A DNA stretch of 38,020 nt from Deltaproteobacteria bacterium. Lineage in GTDB: Bacteria > JAEEML01. Position 1 is the first letter of the stretch, and every line of letters starts with the position of its first letter. Positions 11,101 through 19,614 of the stretch are shown piece by piece. Below the pieces are notes generated by a model, which did no database searches, was not told the DNA's origin, and saw only the letters and a program-made list of their open reading frames with translations. The stretch covers positions 1 to 38,020 of the forward strand of contig JAEEML010000087.1 in the NCBI GenBank assembly GCA_016283195.1. The letters are read 5' to 3'. The position numbers were made by a program, and so were the translations under genes.

Positions 11101-11658
11101 GCCGGGCATAAAAATGGCCCGCCAGATAGCTCGTTGCCAAATTTCATCGTTATCTTGGGTGGCGAGTTTGCCTGCACACCAGGCCGCTATCATCTGCGGG
11201 CGGGTTAATTCGTAGTCGAGAAAAAGATTGGTTAGCGTTTTGGCCAGTTCAATACATTTTAAATCGTGGTCGCGCTCTTCTTCTATATGCTCTTCGGCTT
11301 CGGGAGCACTTTCGCTATGTAAATATTTGCTAATAACTTCCAGCTCCGGCGCAGCTAAAAATTTTTTATCCAGGAGGAGTTTTAAAATCAGCTGGCACAG
11401 AAGATCGCCCAAAATAAGGCGCTTATCCGTGCCTTCCTGGCTGAAATAGCGGGCTAAAAACTGCTTTAGGCCCAAAATGGTCTCAAGGCCACTAAAAACG
11501 CCCACACGCCTCGCCAGTTCCAATTTACATTTGGTGGCAATATAATTATTGGGCACCACCAGAGCGGTATTATTAAAAAGCGTGTCATTTTGACTAATTG
11601 CCTTAGATAGTTCATTATAAAGAGAGCCCACATCGGCGGCAACAAAACAGTGAATCAT
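8161..11658 (-). CDS. recC: Exodeoxyribonuclease V subunit gamma (RecC)
   Basis: 1165 aa with VVPN, WQRAIWR, NPCKVFWED, LWG..GK, FQADIL, RREVE, W..GL.R..LG and GLNSGDFP; no Walker A; GGAGG RBS; first gene of recC-recB-recD. Confidence 0.9.
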   Translation of the reverse strand: MIHCFVAADVGSLYNELSKAISQNDTLFNNTALVVPNNYIATKCKLELARRVGVFSGLETILGLKQFLARYFSQEGTDKRLILGDLLCQLILKLLLDKKFLAAPELEVISKYLHSESAPEAEEHIEEERDHDLKCIELAKTLTNLFLDYELTRPQMIAAWCAGKLATQDNDEIWQRAIWRAIFMPGGLRDTLNAEGESKAAWLTLGELLQPETIAELLAPFLPLNVHIFGVLYTEPLFTDFFKLLGEVPGVELYYYAINPCKVFWEDLKTGKKALMAEEGEAAAEGEPAALVLWGAGGKEYIKAISSLCEYNLDDSAFGAEDAEKATLLSAFQADILNRRLLPAENYKESLAENSAADDSLRFWQAPTIRREVESIASDIRYKLLAARKRGEELSFADIAIVLPGGEAGANYNVPLKQIMQEAEIPLVYLQNQPLIGKPLFQLILNLLEVPFSNFKRSTMLKVLKSPFICRLFPGADAEAFELFCERLAIFSGADMVEKMVTPASRPADLYNWEQGLKRAVLGWYLPGNNYEPKPYLANDFPYYPLELAEGAAETISAFGLLVRVLIKEANILRQARLTLEAWGPVLKEYFELFIKVENEEEERHLHKIFKALDSLAKLSLPDLELSFELTRQLFCEELNKINTPPFTPITEGVSVGAIETLRPGNFKYVYFVGLNSGDFPSPKSDRPLDLRNNDHRPYDIKRREWEMYHFLEMLTMVQKGAILSYVSKDELTGDQKLKSNLYAELYEMVATVYRHIEDEKEEERDKKALEIGLLHIWPEERYAAELFSSNEPLLSCAAYKEALARRQFLLKQADAKPEEMWSAPRERPKIPPIIEFTNKDIYDFLSCPLQFSGGRLLAEERYESYKDHDDPPLEKWDFLDSELEKDLLGPLVLGAAEEELLAIIDNRLAYYREIGQMPTALFGECAAGEIKKDWQAYYAAFHQEFPRLPKVCQYRLGRRISRRYIYAAIPKEEIAEKPYQVDFNGWADKVTFSLSGLTVPFIAEGMHPLILCKEKSKLTLKKLIMAAVDSAILLVTGKAKIIGEPCIIAIKNGNPSISFFSFNEVKEAKSWLNNLFPEMAETKHDYLLPVELVEKIMQKSSASSPENAIQRIIDDWYEDLGQNKSISSDNHKFVPHPRTYPPPPATMARELIKRRFAPFWGRSK

Positions 11659-11793
11659 GGAAACCTCCCTTTGGAGAGATAGCTATTATTTAATGAAATG
11701 ACAAGAGGAGCTAATAAATTTAATATGAAATTTTTAATTTATTTTCTAAGTTATAATACCGCACTTATTGCCGGAAAAGCGGCCTAACACTTT

Positions 11794-12330
11794 TTACCCG
11801 GCGCCGTGCAGAATTTTCTCAGCTATATATTTAATGGCTTCTTCAGCATTTTCGGCGGCAAAGACCGAATCAGACCTAGTAGTATCGAGCGGCTCCCCGG
11901 CCACTTTGGCGGCCCAGCCGCCAGCTGGTACTAGCGCGGCTACCGGGCGCCCATATTGCCAGGCCATGGAGATTTCCGACAAAGTGCCAGACATACCACC
12001 AACGGCGATAACGCCAGAACCAGCCATAACCACCAAGGCGTTGCGGGCTACTCCCATACCTGTCGGAATGCCCACTTCTATATACTGGTTAGCGGCTTTT
12101 CCTGTTTCGTCCTTTAAAATGCCCACAATGGGCAGGTGGGTAATACCCAGGCGCACCTTGGCTTCCGAGGCACCTTTGGCCGCCGCTTCCATTACCCCGC
12201 CATAACCGCCGCAAACCAAGCCGAAACCGTGTTCTATAATGGCACTGCCCACATTGTAAGCTATTTTATAAGTGGGCTCGTCGATCCAACGCCCGCCGAT
12301 AACCGATATAAGCTGCACTCTTCTTGTCAT
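11794..12330 (-). CDS. TIGR00725 / LOG-family (SLOG) nucleotide-binding protein
   Basis: ISVIGG, LVCGGYGGVMEAAAKGA, TGMGVARN and GGMSGTLSEI motifs. Confidence 0.85.
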   Translation of the reverse strand: MTRRVQLISVIGGRWIDEPTYKIAYNVGSAIIEHGFGLVCGGYGGVMEAAAKGASEAKVRLGITHLPIVGILKDETGKAANQYIEVGIPTGMGVARNALVVMAGSGVIAVGGMSGTLSEISMAWQYGRPVAALVPAGGWAAKVAGEPLDTTRSDSVFAAENAEEAIKYIAEKILHGAG

Positions 12331-13298
12331 AAATCATCCTCAAATGTTTCGTAATAAATGCTAATCTTGTTTAAGCGCTCTTCATTATAGCAAAAGGCGG
12401 TATGCACTTTGCCAAAGGTATATATGAGTACCATTTCACTCCCAAAACGGTTAGAATTTTTTAAAAGAGTATAGTTTTCACCGTAAAGTGCCCCCAGGAC
12501 ATCGGTGGTGCTATCCCAAGCGGGCTCGCTAAATCCCAGCGGATAATTAAAGGTTATTTCATTAATAAAGCCGCCGCCGGCCCCTTCTATATGACCACTC
12601 ATAGTAAGACCATAAAGGTAATAACTATCAACAAAGCAGTTATAGGCACCACAAGCTTTTTGGGTAGAAATATCGGCGTTGCCTAAAATCAACCAAACTA
12701 AAGAGCGCTGATACGGGCCACCATCCAGGGGAATTTGCCCCAAAATCAGCTTATCATGGCCGGCAGTCAGTTTGGTCGGCGGTATAGCTCCCGGCCAAAA
12801 GATGGTTATGCTGCTCACCAAATCGGCCGTAAACTGAAAAGCCACACCAAGGTCCCAAAAAAGCAATACCGCTTTATCGCCCCAGACAAAGGGGGAGCCA
12901 GCGGCCGCAATTTCCATACCCGGCCCAAGGGATTTAATAATATCGCGGCGGTGCGTGCCAATACCAAAACCTTCCGCGCTTTTGCTCTTGCAAGTAGCGC
13001 CCACCGAAAGGGCTAAAAGGTAGTCCTCGCCATCTAACTGACCGTTGCTGTTGCTATCGGCAAAAAGAGCTCGCACATCTTCATCATAGCGGAATAAGAG
13101 CTCTTTATCGCTAAGGCGCTGCGGCGGGGCAAAAAGGCGGGTCAGCGTTTCATAAGAAGTGCCCAAAATAAGCCGGCGACCATAAAGCCAGAGGCTGCGG
13201 CCAAAAACCAAATCTTCCTGCCGGGAAGCAGAGCCGGACTGGCCGGCAAATCGCACCTCAGGCCACTCTTGGCAAGCACCAAGGAGCAATAAAAGCAT
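12327..13298 (-). CDS. Hypothetical lipoprotein
   Basis: Hydrophobic stretch ending in lipobox LGA-C; EF-hand-like DSNSNGQLDGED; repeated G-x-G...LG-P segments. Start uncertain (ATG 13298 chosen; ATG 13370 would overlap the kinase by 56 nt). Stop is ATGA-coupled to the next gene. Confidence 0.6.
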   Translation of the reverse strand: MLLLLLGACQEWPEVRFAGQSGSASRQEDLVFGRSLWLYGRRLILGTSYETLTRLFAPPQRLSDKELLFRYDEDVRALFADSNSNGQLDGEDYLLALSVGATCKSKSAEGFGIGTHRRDIIKSLGPGMEIAAAGSPFVWGDKAVLLFWDLGVAFQFTADLVSSITIFWPGAIPPTKLTAGHDKLILGQIPLDGGPYQRSLVWLILGNADISTQKACGAYNCFVDSYYLYGLTMSGHIEGAGGGFINEITFNYPLGFSEPAWDSTTDVLGALYGENYTLLKNSNRFGSEMVLIYTFGKVHTAFCYNEERLNKISIYYETFEDDL

Positions 13299-13314
13299 TA
13301 TAATGAGATACGGT

Positions 13315-15762
13315 TTAGAAATCGGTATCGATAAGCTTAACTTCCTCGCCGTTTTGCACGTTTTTAACATGTTTTTTGGTCTTGCTACCGTTAACGAGAG
13401 TAATGGTTACTTTCCCGGCGGGGATAGTCAATTTAAATTGCGGAACAGTTTTCCCGGTATCTTTGCCGTTGATAAAAATCTTGGTGCCCGGTGATTTCGG
13501 AGTATGCACTTTAAGAATTGCCGAGCCGGTGGCAGCCGGGGCCTTAGTAGCCGGCCTGGTGGTTTTGCCGGACGTTTTACCGCCGCTCCTACCGGAAGCT
13601 ACGGCATGCTGCTTCACCAAACTGATATTCATGGAAGCAGTCTCGCCGTTAGCCGGCACAGTAAGGCTTTTCTTCTCGCGATTAAAGCCTTCCTTGGTAA
13701 TGACAATAGTCACATTTTTTCCGGAAGGCTGGGCAAAATTACAAGGAGTCACACATTGTTGCACATTATCAACATAAACCAGAGCTCCCATAGGCTCGGA
13801 ATTTATGGCGATATTGCCCATAGCGGCAGCCGGCGGCGGGGGCGGAGGCGGCGCGGCCGGAGCGGCCGTTGCCGCTTCGGTCGGTGCAACAGGGGCACTG
13901 GGCACCTGCTGAGTAGCTACCGGTTGCGTGGCTACCGGCTGCGTAACAGGAGCAGTTTGCACCTGTTGTTGGGGAACTCCTTGCTGAGCACTTCCCTGAT
14001 TCGGCTGAGCCAGAGCCGCCGGTTGCTGGCGCTGGGTGGCTGTCGCCACCTGCTGCATTGCCTGAGGTTGCTTGGTTCCAAGACCACCCGGTTGCAAGCG
14101 ATGCACCAAAGAGAGCGGGCGCCCGGGAAAAGCACTGGCACTAAAAACCGCTTCCTGATAACCTGGAGCTCTTAAAACAATAGTGTGGTCACCGGGCATC
14201 AAATCCTGTTTGACAAACGGCGTGGACTCAGAAACTTTAATATCATCAATAAAAACTGCCACCGGCACATCCGGGGGAATAGTCTCAATACGCAAGGAAG
14301 CGTAATTTTGGGAATTTCCCGGAGAAAGCACCAGATAAAAAAGCAAAAAGCCAAAGAGCAGGACAATAGCCGCGCCTAAAGCTATAACTAAAGTCATGGT
14401 GCGGTTTTTCTGCTGCGCCATTGCCGGCGGATATTGAAAACCGGCAGTGGTGTTGGGATAAAATTGCCCGCTGTTATAGCCACCCATCATCGGCGGCTGC
14501 ATCGTGCCGCTCATTTGCGACATTATCTGCGGCGCCTGAATAATACCGGTGGGCATGGAGCTTAGATCCATTTGCGGCTCAGGCTGGCGCTGACGCTGCC
14601 CACCGCGCCCGTGATTGCTGTTACCTACACTGCTGCTGCCACTATTACTGCCGCCGCCCTGCATAGCCGAAAGAGCATTAGATTCAAAAATAACCGTCTT
14701 TTGCTCACCGACATCATCGTCATCATTATTGCTACTTGAAGAGGCATAACCATGGCTGGCTCTGATCTCTTTGGCGGCTTCCGGCGGCGGCTCGGTGATC
14801 TTGGCATATTCCTCCATCTTGGCCGCTTCGGCTTCTATATCTTCGGCATAAGCATCTTTCAAAAAGTTAGAAAGCTTTTTGGCGGTAAAAACCGTGCCGT
14901 CCATAATGAGGAATTGTTGCAAATCCTCGGAAAAGTCGGAAGCCCATTGATAGCGCTCGTCTCTATCTTTGGCGAGAGCCTTCATAATGACCCGTTCCAG
15001 CTCCGGCGTGACATCCGGATTTATCTGGCTGGGTGGAATGACCTCGGCATTGCGCACTTTATCCAAGGTGGAAAAATCGCTCTCCCCCACAAAAAGGCGC
15101 TTGCCGGTGACCATCTCGTAAAAGATAACGCCCACGGCAAAAATGTCACTGCGGTGGTCAATAGCCATGCCGCGCACCTGTTCGGGCGACATATAGCCGA
15201 ATTTACCTTTTAATACACCGGCCTGAGTTTTACTGGCCCGGTCTTCGGCTTTGGCGATACCGAAATCGAGAACTTTAACGGCCCCCTCATAACTAACCAA
15301 AATATTTTGTGGGCTGACATCGCGGTGGACAATATTTAGCGGCTTACCTTGAGCATCGGTCTTGCGGTGAGCGTAATCGAGGCCATCGCATACTTTAGAG
15401 ATGATATAGGCAGCTTGGGCCAGGGGCATAATGGCTTTGGCTTTACGGAAACGATCCAAAATCTGCCTTAAATCGCGGCCGGAAACATATTCCATGGCAA
15501 TATAGTAACTCTGGTCATGACAACCGAGTTCGTATATCTGCACGATATTGGCATGGTTCAGCTGAACAGAGATACGCGCCTCATCAACAAACATGTTGAT
15601 GAATTCTTCATCTTCAGCCATATTGGGCAAAATGCGCTTGATGGCCAGGATTCTGGAAAATCCTTCAACACCGAAGGATTTGGCCTTAAAAATCTCGGCC
15701 ATGCCACCGACATTGACCCGCTCCAGAAGATAATAGTTACCAAAAGGAATTGGATTAACCAT
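13315..15762 (-). CDS. Membrane Ser/Thr (Hanks-type) protein kinase with C-terminal PEGA domains, myxobacterial type
   Basis: FGNYYLLERVNVGGMAEIFKAK, LAIKRI, HRDVSPQNIL, DFG and KFGYMSPEQ; one TM helix (TLVIALGAAIVLLFGFLLFYLVL); PEGA-like repeats (IETIPP..AVFIDD..TP; INSEPMGALVYVD..TP); Gln/Pro-rich linkers. Confidence 0.92.
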   Translation of the reverse strand: MVNPIPFGNYYLLERVNVGGMAEIFKAKSFGVEGFSRILAIKRILPNMAEDEEFINMFVDEARISVQLNHANIVQIYELGCHDQSYYIAMEYVSGRDLRQILDRFRKAKAIMPLAQAAYIISKVCDGLDYAHRKTDAQGKPLNIVHRDVSPQNILVSYEGAVKVLDFGIAKAEDRASKTQAGVLKGKFGYMSPEQVRGMAIDHRSDIFAVGVIFYEMVTGKRLFVGESDFSTLDKVRNAEVIPPSQINPDVTPELERVIMKALAKDRDERYQWASDFSEDLQQFLIMDGTVFTAKKLSNFLKDAYAEDIEAEAAKMEEYAKITEPPPEAAKEIRASHGYASSSSNNDDDDVGEQKTVIFESNALSAMQGGGSNSGSSSVGNSNHGRGGQRQRQPEPQMDLSSMPTGIIQAPQIMSQMSGTMQPPMMGGYNSGQFYPNTTAGFQYPPAMAQQKNRTMTLVIALGAAIVLLFGFLLFYLVLSPGNSQNYASLRIETIPPDVPVAVFIDDIKVSESTPFVKQDLMPGDHTIVLRAPGYQEAVFSASAFPGRPLSLVHRLQPGGLGTKQPQAMQQVATATQRQQPAALAQPNQGSAQQGVPQQQVQTAPVTQPVATQPVATQQVPSAPVAPTEAATAAPAAPPPPPPPAAAMGNIAINSEPMGALVYVDNVQQCVTPCNFAQPSGKNVTIVITKEGFNREKKSLTVPANGETASMNISLVKQHAVASGRSGGKTSGKTTRPATKAPAATGSAILKVHTPKSPGTKIFINGKDTGKTVPQFKLTIPAGKVTITLVNGSKTKKHVKNVQNGEEVKLIDTDF

Positions 15763-15819
15763 CGTATTCTAACTTTCCCCGGAAGCACCTGCCACGCCGC
15801 GGAAGGGTCCAAGAGTTTC

Positions 15820-16377
15820 TTAGGCCCGCTCTAAATATTCACCGGTTCTGGTATCAATGCGAATTGATTCACCCTCATTGACAAAAAGCGGCACATTGAC
15901 TCTGGCGCCGGTTTCAAGCGTAGCCGGTTTGGAAGCACCGGTTGCGGTATCACCCTTCACGCCAGGCTCACAATAAGTAATCTTTAAAATAATAAAATTA
16001 GGCACTTGGATATCAATCGGTTTACCTTTATAGAGCATGACTTCGCAGGCGGTATTTTCTTTTAACCAGCGGGCGTTGTCACCGACATTTTCTTTCGGCA
16101 CTGTCATTTGCTCATAAGTCGCGGTATCCATAAAGACAAAATCTTCACCCTCTTTGTAGAGGAATTCCATCTCCACTTCTTCGATATCCGGCTTTTCAAA
16201 TTTTTCACCGGATTTAAAAGTGGGCTGTTCAACATAGCCGTTTAAAAGATTTTTTAAACGAGTGCGCACAAAAGCCGAACCCTTACCGGGTTTTACATGT
16301 TGAAATTCCACGATTTGATAGGGTGTACCATCAATTTCGATTTTGAGGCCGTTGCGAAAATCCGCAGTAGTGTACAT
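15820..16377 (-). CDS. efp: Elongation factor P
   Basis: QHVKPGKGSAFVR, PGVKGDTA, ATLETG, VPLFVNEGE and IDTRTGEY; AGGA RBS. Confidence 0.97.
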   Translation of the reverse strand: MYTTADFRNGLKIEIDGTPYQIVEFQHVKPGKGSAFVRTRLKNLLNGYVEQPTFKSGEKFEKPDIEEVEMEFLYKEGEDFVFMDTATYEQMTVPKENVGDNARWLKENTACEVMLYKGKPIDIQVPNFIILKITYCEPGVKGDTATGASKPATLETGARVNVPLFVNEGESIRIDTRTGEYLERA

Positions 16378-16417
16378 GCTTTTTCTTCCTTAATGTAAAG
16401 CTCCTCTAAGGGAGGTT

Positions 16418-16960
16418 TTATGACAATTCTTCAACAAATTTCGGAGCGGTGATGCGCAGCATATAGCGCCCTTTACCGATATTGCCGCCCGGGGTCATGG
16501 TCATGCCGATAAAATACTCATCATTGATGGGCCGCAAAAGGGCAATAGCCTTTTCGGAGCAGATTTCATACTCCTTAAGCCCGCCGACCATGAGATTCAT
16601 ATTGCTGGCTTTTAATTTGCTAAGCAGCCCGGCATATTCAATAAGCACACTGGGCAAATCGTAATCATCGGGCAATTCTTTGGCTCTTGCGGAATCAATT
16701 TCAATGCCGTCAAAGCCCATAAGAGTGCACAAAAGACAGCCTTCAACCGAATTAACTATGCCATTCAGATGCTCTCTAAAATCCATGATACCCTCTCCTA
16801 GGCCCCTCTCCGGGCTAAGCTCCCTAAGGCGCTTAATATATCCGGCGTTCCCCGGCTCTTTAGCCAGTAATTGCCTATATATCTCAATTCCCTTCTCAAG
16901 GTGCCCTTGCTTAATGAATAACTCTGCTAAAGTGGCAGTTATGATAGGCGACCCACTCAT
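16418..16960 (-). CDS. mglC: MglC-type roadblock/LC7 protein with an in-frame N-terminal TPR-like segment
   Basis: Residues from M59 (MDFREHLNGIVNSVEG...MGFDGI...EYA.LL..L...SEK...YF....GNIGKGRYMLRITAPK) closely resemble M. xanthus MglC as I recall it, and sit next to efp. Residues 1-48 (TATLAELFIKQG..EKGIEIYRQLL..EP.N) are TPR-like. A second start at 16786 is possible. Confidence 0.8.
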   Translation of the reverse strand: MSGSPIITATLAELFIKQGHLEKGIEIYRQLLAKEPGNAGYIKRLRELSPERGLGEGIMDFREHLNGIVNSVEGCLLCTLMGFDGIEIDSARAKELPDDYDLPSVLIEYAGLLSKLKASNMNLMVGGLKEYEICSEKAIALLRPINDEYFIGMTMTPGGNIGKGRYMLRITAPKFVEELS

Positions 16961-17115
16961 ACCTTCTTCTGCTACAACTTTTAGGCGCCCCGTGTCAAGT
17001 TTCCAAGGATATAAAAGATGAAAAATAATTTGCAGCCAGTTAAAATGGGGGACAAAATGGCCTCTCTCCGAGGCGGAGAAGGCTACAATTTAGCTAAGTT
17101 AAGCAGGATTATAAG

Positions 17116-18162
17116 ATGACAGAGCAGGAAAAGAAGACGCTTTTTTCCTTAACTCCGGCCGAGCTGGCCAATGTGCTCGCCCTAAAACGCGGCACCGATT
17201 ATTGGGTTAAAACTATTTATCAAAAACTTTACCATAGCGGCGAATTTCCGTCGGCCGCTTTGGAACTCCGTCCCGATGTAGCCCGCCGCCTTAAAAATTA
17301 TGAAATATCGTGGCCGCAGATTAAATCTCTTTTGCGCGCTCCCGATGGCACCGTTAAGTGGCTCATTGCCTATAATGACGGCGCTATGGTGGAACTTGTA
17401 CTCATGAGCTATGACAAACGGCACACTGTCTGCGTGAGTACCCAGTGCGGCTGCGCTATGGGCTGCACTTTTTGTGCCACCGGCAAAATGGGTTTTAAGC
17501 GCCATTTAAATGCCGGAGAAATAGTCATGGAGGTGCTCATCGCCAGGCAGGAACTGGCCAAAAAAGGCGCCGCACTTACCAATGTGGTTTTTATGGGCAT
17601 GGGCGAACCGCTGGCCAATTATGAGGAGGTGATGCGGGCGGCGGCGATTATTAGCTCAGATATCGGTCTGGCCATAGCGCCGCGCCATATCACCATATCG
17701 ACAGCCGGCCTCCCCGCAGGCATTTATCGAATGGCGCAGGAAAAAGCCGGCTATCAACTGGCAGTCAGTCTGCATAGCGCCATAGACTCCGTGCGCGAAA
17801 AGCTCATGCCCATTGCCAAAACACACAATCTTGAAAGCCTTTTAGCGGCCTGCCGGGAATATAACAGCCTGACAAAACGGCGCGTTTTCTTTGAATACGC
17901 CGTGATGGCCGGAATAAACGACAGCCCTAAGGACATAGAGGCGCTGGCCGCATTTATCCACCGGCTTAACGGCCATGTAAACTTACTCTCCTGGAATAAG
18001 GTAGATGAGGTGCCGTTTAAAAGTGCCGACACAAAGAGGCTTTTAGCCATTCAGGCTGAGCTGGAAAAGCGCGGTGTGCGGGCGCTTATCCGCGAAAGCC
18101 GGGGCGCAGAAATTGCCGCCGCCTGCGGGCAGTTATATGCCGCGGCTGAGCAAAAACAGTAA
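17116..18162 (+). CDS. rlmN: Dual-specificity RNA methyltransferase RlmN (radical SAM)
   Basis: DGTVKWL, CVSTQCGCAMGCTFCATG (CxxxCxxC), NVVFMGMGEPL, LAVSLHS and C-terminal IAAACGQL. Confidence 0.93.
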   Translation: MTEQEKKTLFSLTPAELANVLALKRGTDYWVKTIYQKLYHSGEFPSAALELRPDVARRLKNYEISWPQIKSLLRAPDGTVKWLIAYNDGAMVELVLMSYDKRHTVCVSTQCGCAMGCTFCATGKMGFKRHLNAGEIVMEVLIARQELAKKGAALTNVVFMGMGEPLANYEEVMRAAAIISSDIGLAIAPRHITISTAGLPAGIYRMAQEKAGYQLAVSLHSAIDSVREKLMPIAKTHNLESLLAACREYNSLTKRRVFFEYAVMAGINDSPKDIEALAAFIHRLNGHVNLLSWNKVDEVPFKSADTKRLLAIQAELEKRGVRALIRESRGAEIAAACGQLYAAAEQKQ

Positions 18163-18170
18163 AATGATTA

Positions 18171-18201
18171 TTGACAGCTGGCGATAAGATCATTATAGAG
18201 T
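18171..18201 (+). promoter_or_regulatory. Candidate sigma70 promoter for the small basic ORF
   Basis: Perfect TTGACA at 18171-18176, then TATAGA at 17-nt spacing (or TAGAGT at 19 nt). Confidence 0.5.
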
Positions 18202-18227
18202 TCTCGTGATTTTTGAGGAGGTGCATC

Positions 18228-18380
18228 ATGGCATCAAGAACATTAGTCTTAAAGAAAAAACGTAAAAGCCGCGCCCGCAAAGCCGGACACGAACGGAAAG
18301 CAGAAATGGCTCGCAAGGGCACCACACCGGCTATGGCCGTGCTCTTTGGCGATGTTAAGGACGAAAAAGCCGCTAAGTAA
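18228..18380 (+). CDS. Small basic protein, 50 aa (not in the ORF track): MASRTLVLKKKRKSRARKAGHERKAEMARKGTTPAMAVLFGDVKDEKAAK
   Basis: Very strong SD GAGGAGGT 5 nt before the ATG and its own promoter-like sequence; fills the gap between rlmN and the convergent ATP-grasp gene. Confidence 0.8.
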   Translation: MASRTLVLKKKRKSRARKAGHERKAEMARKGTTPAMAVLFGDVKDEKAAK

Positions 18381-19614
18381 TAGCTGTTTTTTCCTTTCCC
18401 TTTAAAAAAAGCCTTTCTATATCGCCTAGTTGATTAAAGCAGCTTTGGCTGTCCGCTCCGAAGGCGACAAACAGATGTCCGGAAATCAGCGCTCTTGGCA
18501 GTGAGTCGGCTAGGGGAGTTAACAGAGCAATTCCCCGGCTGGCTCCCGCTGAGTAGTGCCTTGGGCCCAGTGTTTTGTCAAATTCCGCATAACTATCCGG
18601 TAAGCGGCAGCGCTTTTTACGCGCCAGGCGAAATAAAAGCGCCCCACGGTAACCGCTGGCCGCCAAAATACGGCGCGCTATAAGGCCCATAGTCTCGCGG
18701 GCATTTATTTCACACAGCGGCTCTATAGCCAAAGTACCATCGGCTTTTTTATAATAGTAGCCATCTATAACCACCGGGCCGAAATAACCTCTTTCATGCA
18801 ATTTTTGCGCCACCTGGCGGGCACACTCGGTGACGATTAAGCGCGCCTCAGCTCCTGCCGGGCCGGGGAAGGGCTCATCCGCCCCCAAAACCAGGCCATA
18901 AAAAGAGCCGCTCTTCCCTACCAGGCAACGCTGAAAAGAAATATCTGTAATCAGGCCGTCATTATTCAGCATAAAATAGCAGGAAAAGTCCGCTGTGCGC
19001 TCCCGCTGGGGCTCAAGCACGGCCGCGCCGCCGCCGCAAAGAAAAGATTGCCGAATAAAATTTTCTTCTTTTGCGTCTAAAGGATAATGATTTACAATAG
19101 TTATACCTATCCCGGCATTGCCGAAAATCGGCTTTATCAGCAGAGGAAGCGGCAACTCTTTAAGGAGAGAAAAGAGCTCATTAAGGCTTTTAACCAGGCG
19201 GGAAAAAGGCGATCTAAGCCCAAGCTCACCGGCAATATTAAAAGCAAATTCCCGGCTATTTACCGCTCTTACCGCGTCCGGCGGCGGCTGGTTAAAAGAG
19301 AGGCCGAAAGTTAAAAAGACTTGCCTGGCTTCTTCATTAACTCCCCAGGGGTGGGGCTTAAAGGCGGCGGCAGCACCATCTTCCGCCAAAGGTTTAAGCG
19401 GGCTAAGGCCATAACGGGCTATCTGCCGGGCATAAGCTGGCGGCGGCGGCGGCCCCAGCGGTATAAAGCAATCCCCGGCCCGGCCGAGAGCCCAAAAAAG
19501 CACCTCTTTTTGACTGGCTAATTTGCGCATTAAATTGCTTTGGCTTACCGCTACATCAGGCGATAAAGCCTGGGACATGTCAAAATCGGTATTAAAATAA
19601 AAGAGCTCTGGCAC
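18373..19614 (-). CDS. ATP-grasp superfamily protein, substrate unknown
   Basis: PWG, VNSREFA, LLIKPIFGNAGIG (Lys plus Gly loop), VLEP, DFS, GYFGPVVIDG and EINARETMG (E-x-N metal-binding motif). Confidence 0.7.
   Translation of the reverse strand: MPELFYFNTDFDMSQALSPDVAVSQSNLMRKLASQKEVLFWALGRAGDCFIPLGPPPPPAYARQIARYGLSPLKPLAEDGAAAAFKPHPWGVNEEARQVFLTFGLSFNQPPPDAVRAVNSREFAFNIAGELGLRSPFSRLVKSLNELFSLLKELPLPLLIKPIFGNAGIGITIVNHYPLDAKEENFIRQSFLCGGGAAVLEPQRERTADFSCYFMLNNDGLITDISFQRCLVGKSGSFYGLVLGADEPFPGPAGAEARLIVTECARQVAQKLHERGYFGPVVIDGYYYKKADGTLAIEPLCEINARETMGLIARRILAASGYRGALLFRLARKKRCRLPDSYAEFDKTLGPRHYSAGASRGIALLTPLADSLPRALISGHLFVAFGADSQSCFNQLGDIERLFLKGKEKTAIT

Noticed and set aside
2505-11658. recCBD as a novel defence helicase-nuclease system
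   Set aside because: Sizes, motifs and gene order match canonical RecBCD.
15763-15819. GC-rich efp/kinase spacer as SRP RNA or another ncRNA
   Set aside because: Too short, lacks the SRP domain IV motif, and forms only a weak imperfect stem.
17116-18162. Radical SAM enzyme as a RiPP maturase for the adjacent 50-aa peptide, or as Cfr
   Set aside because: It has canonical RlmN motifs, no SPASM domain and host-like composition, so housekeeping RlmN is the simplest call.
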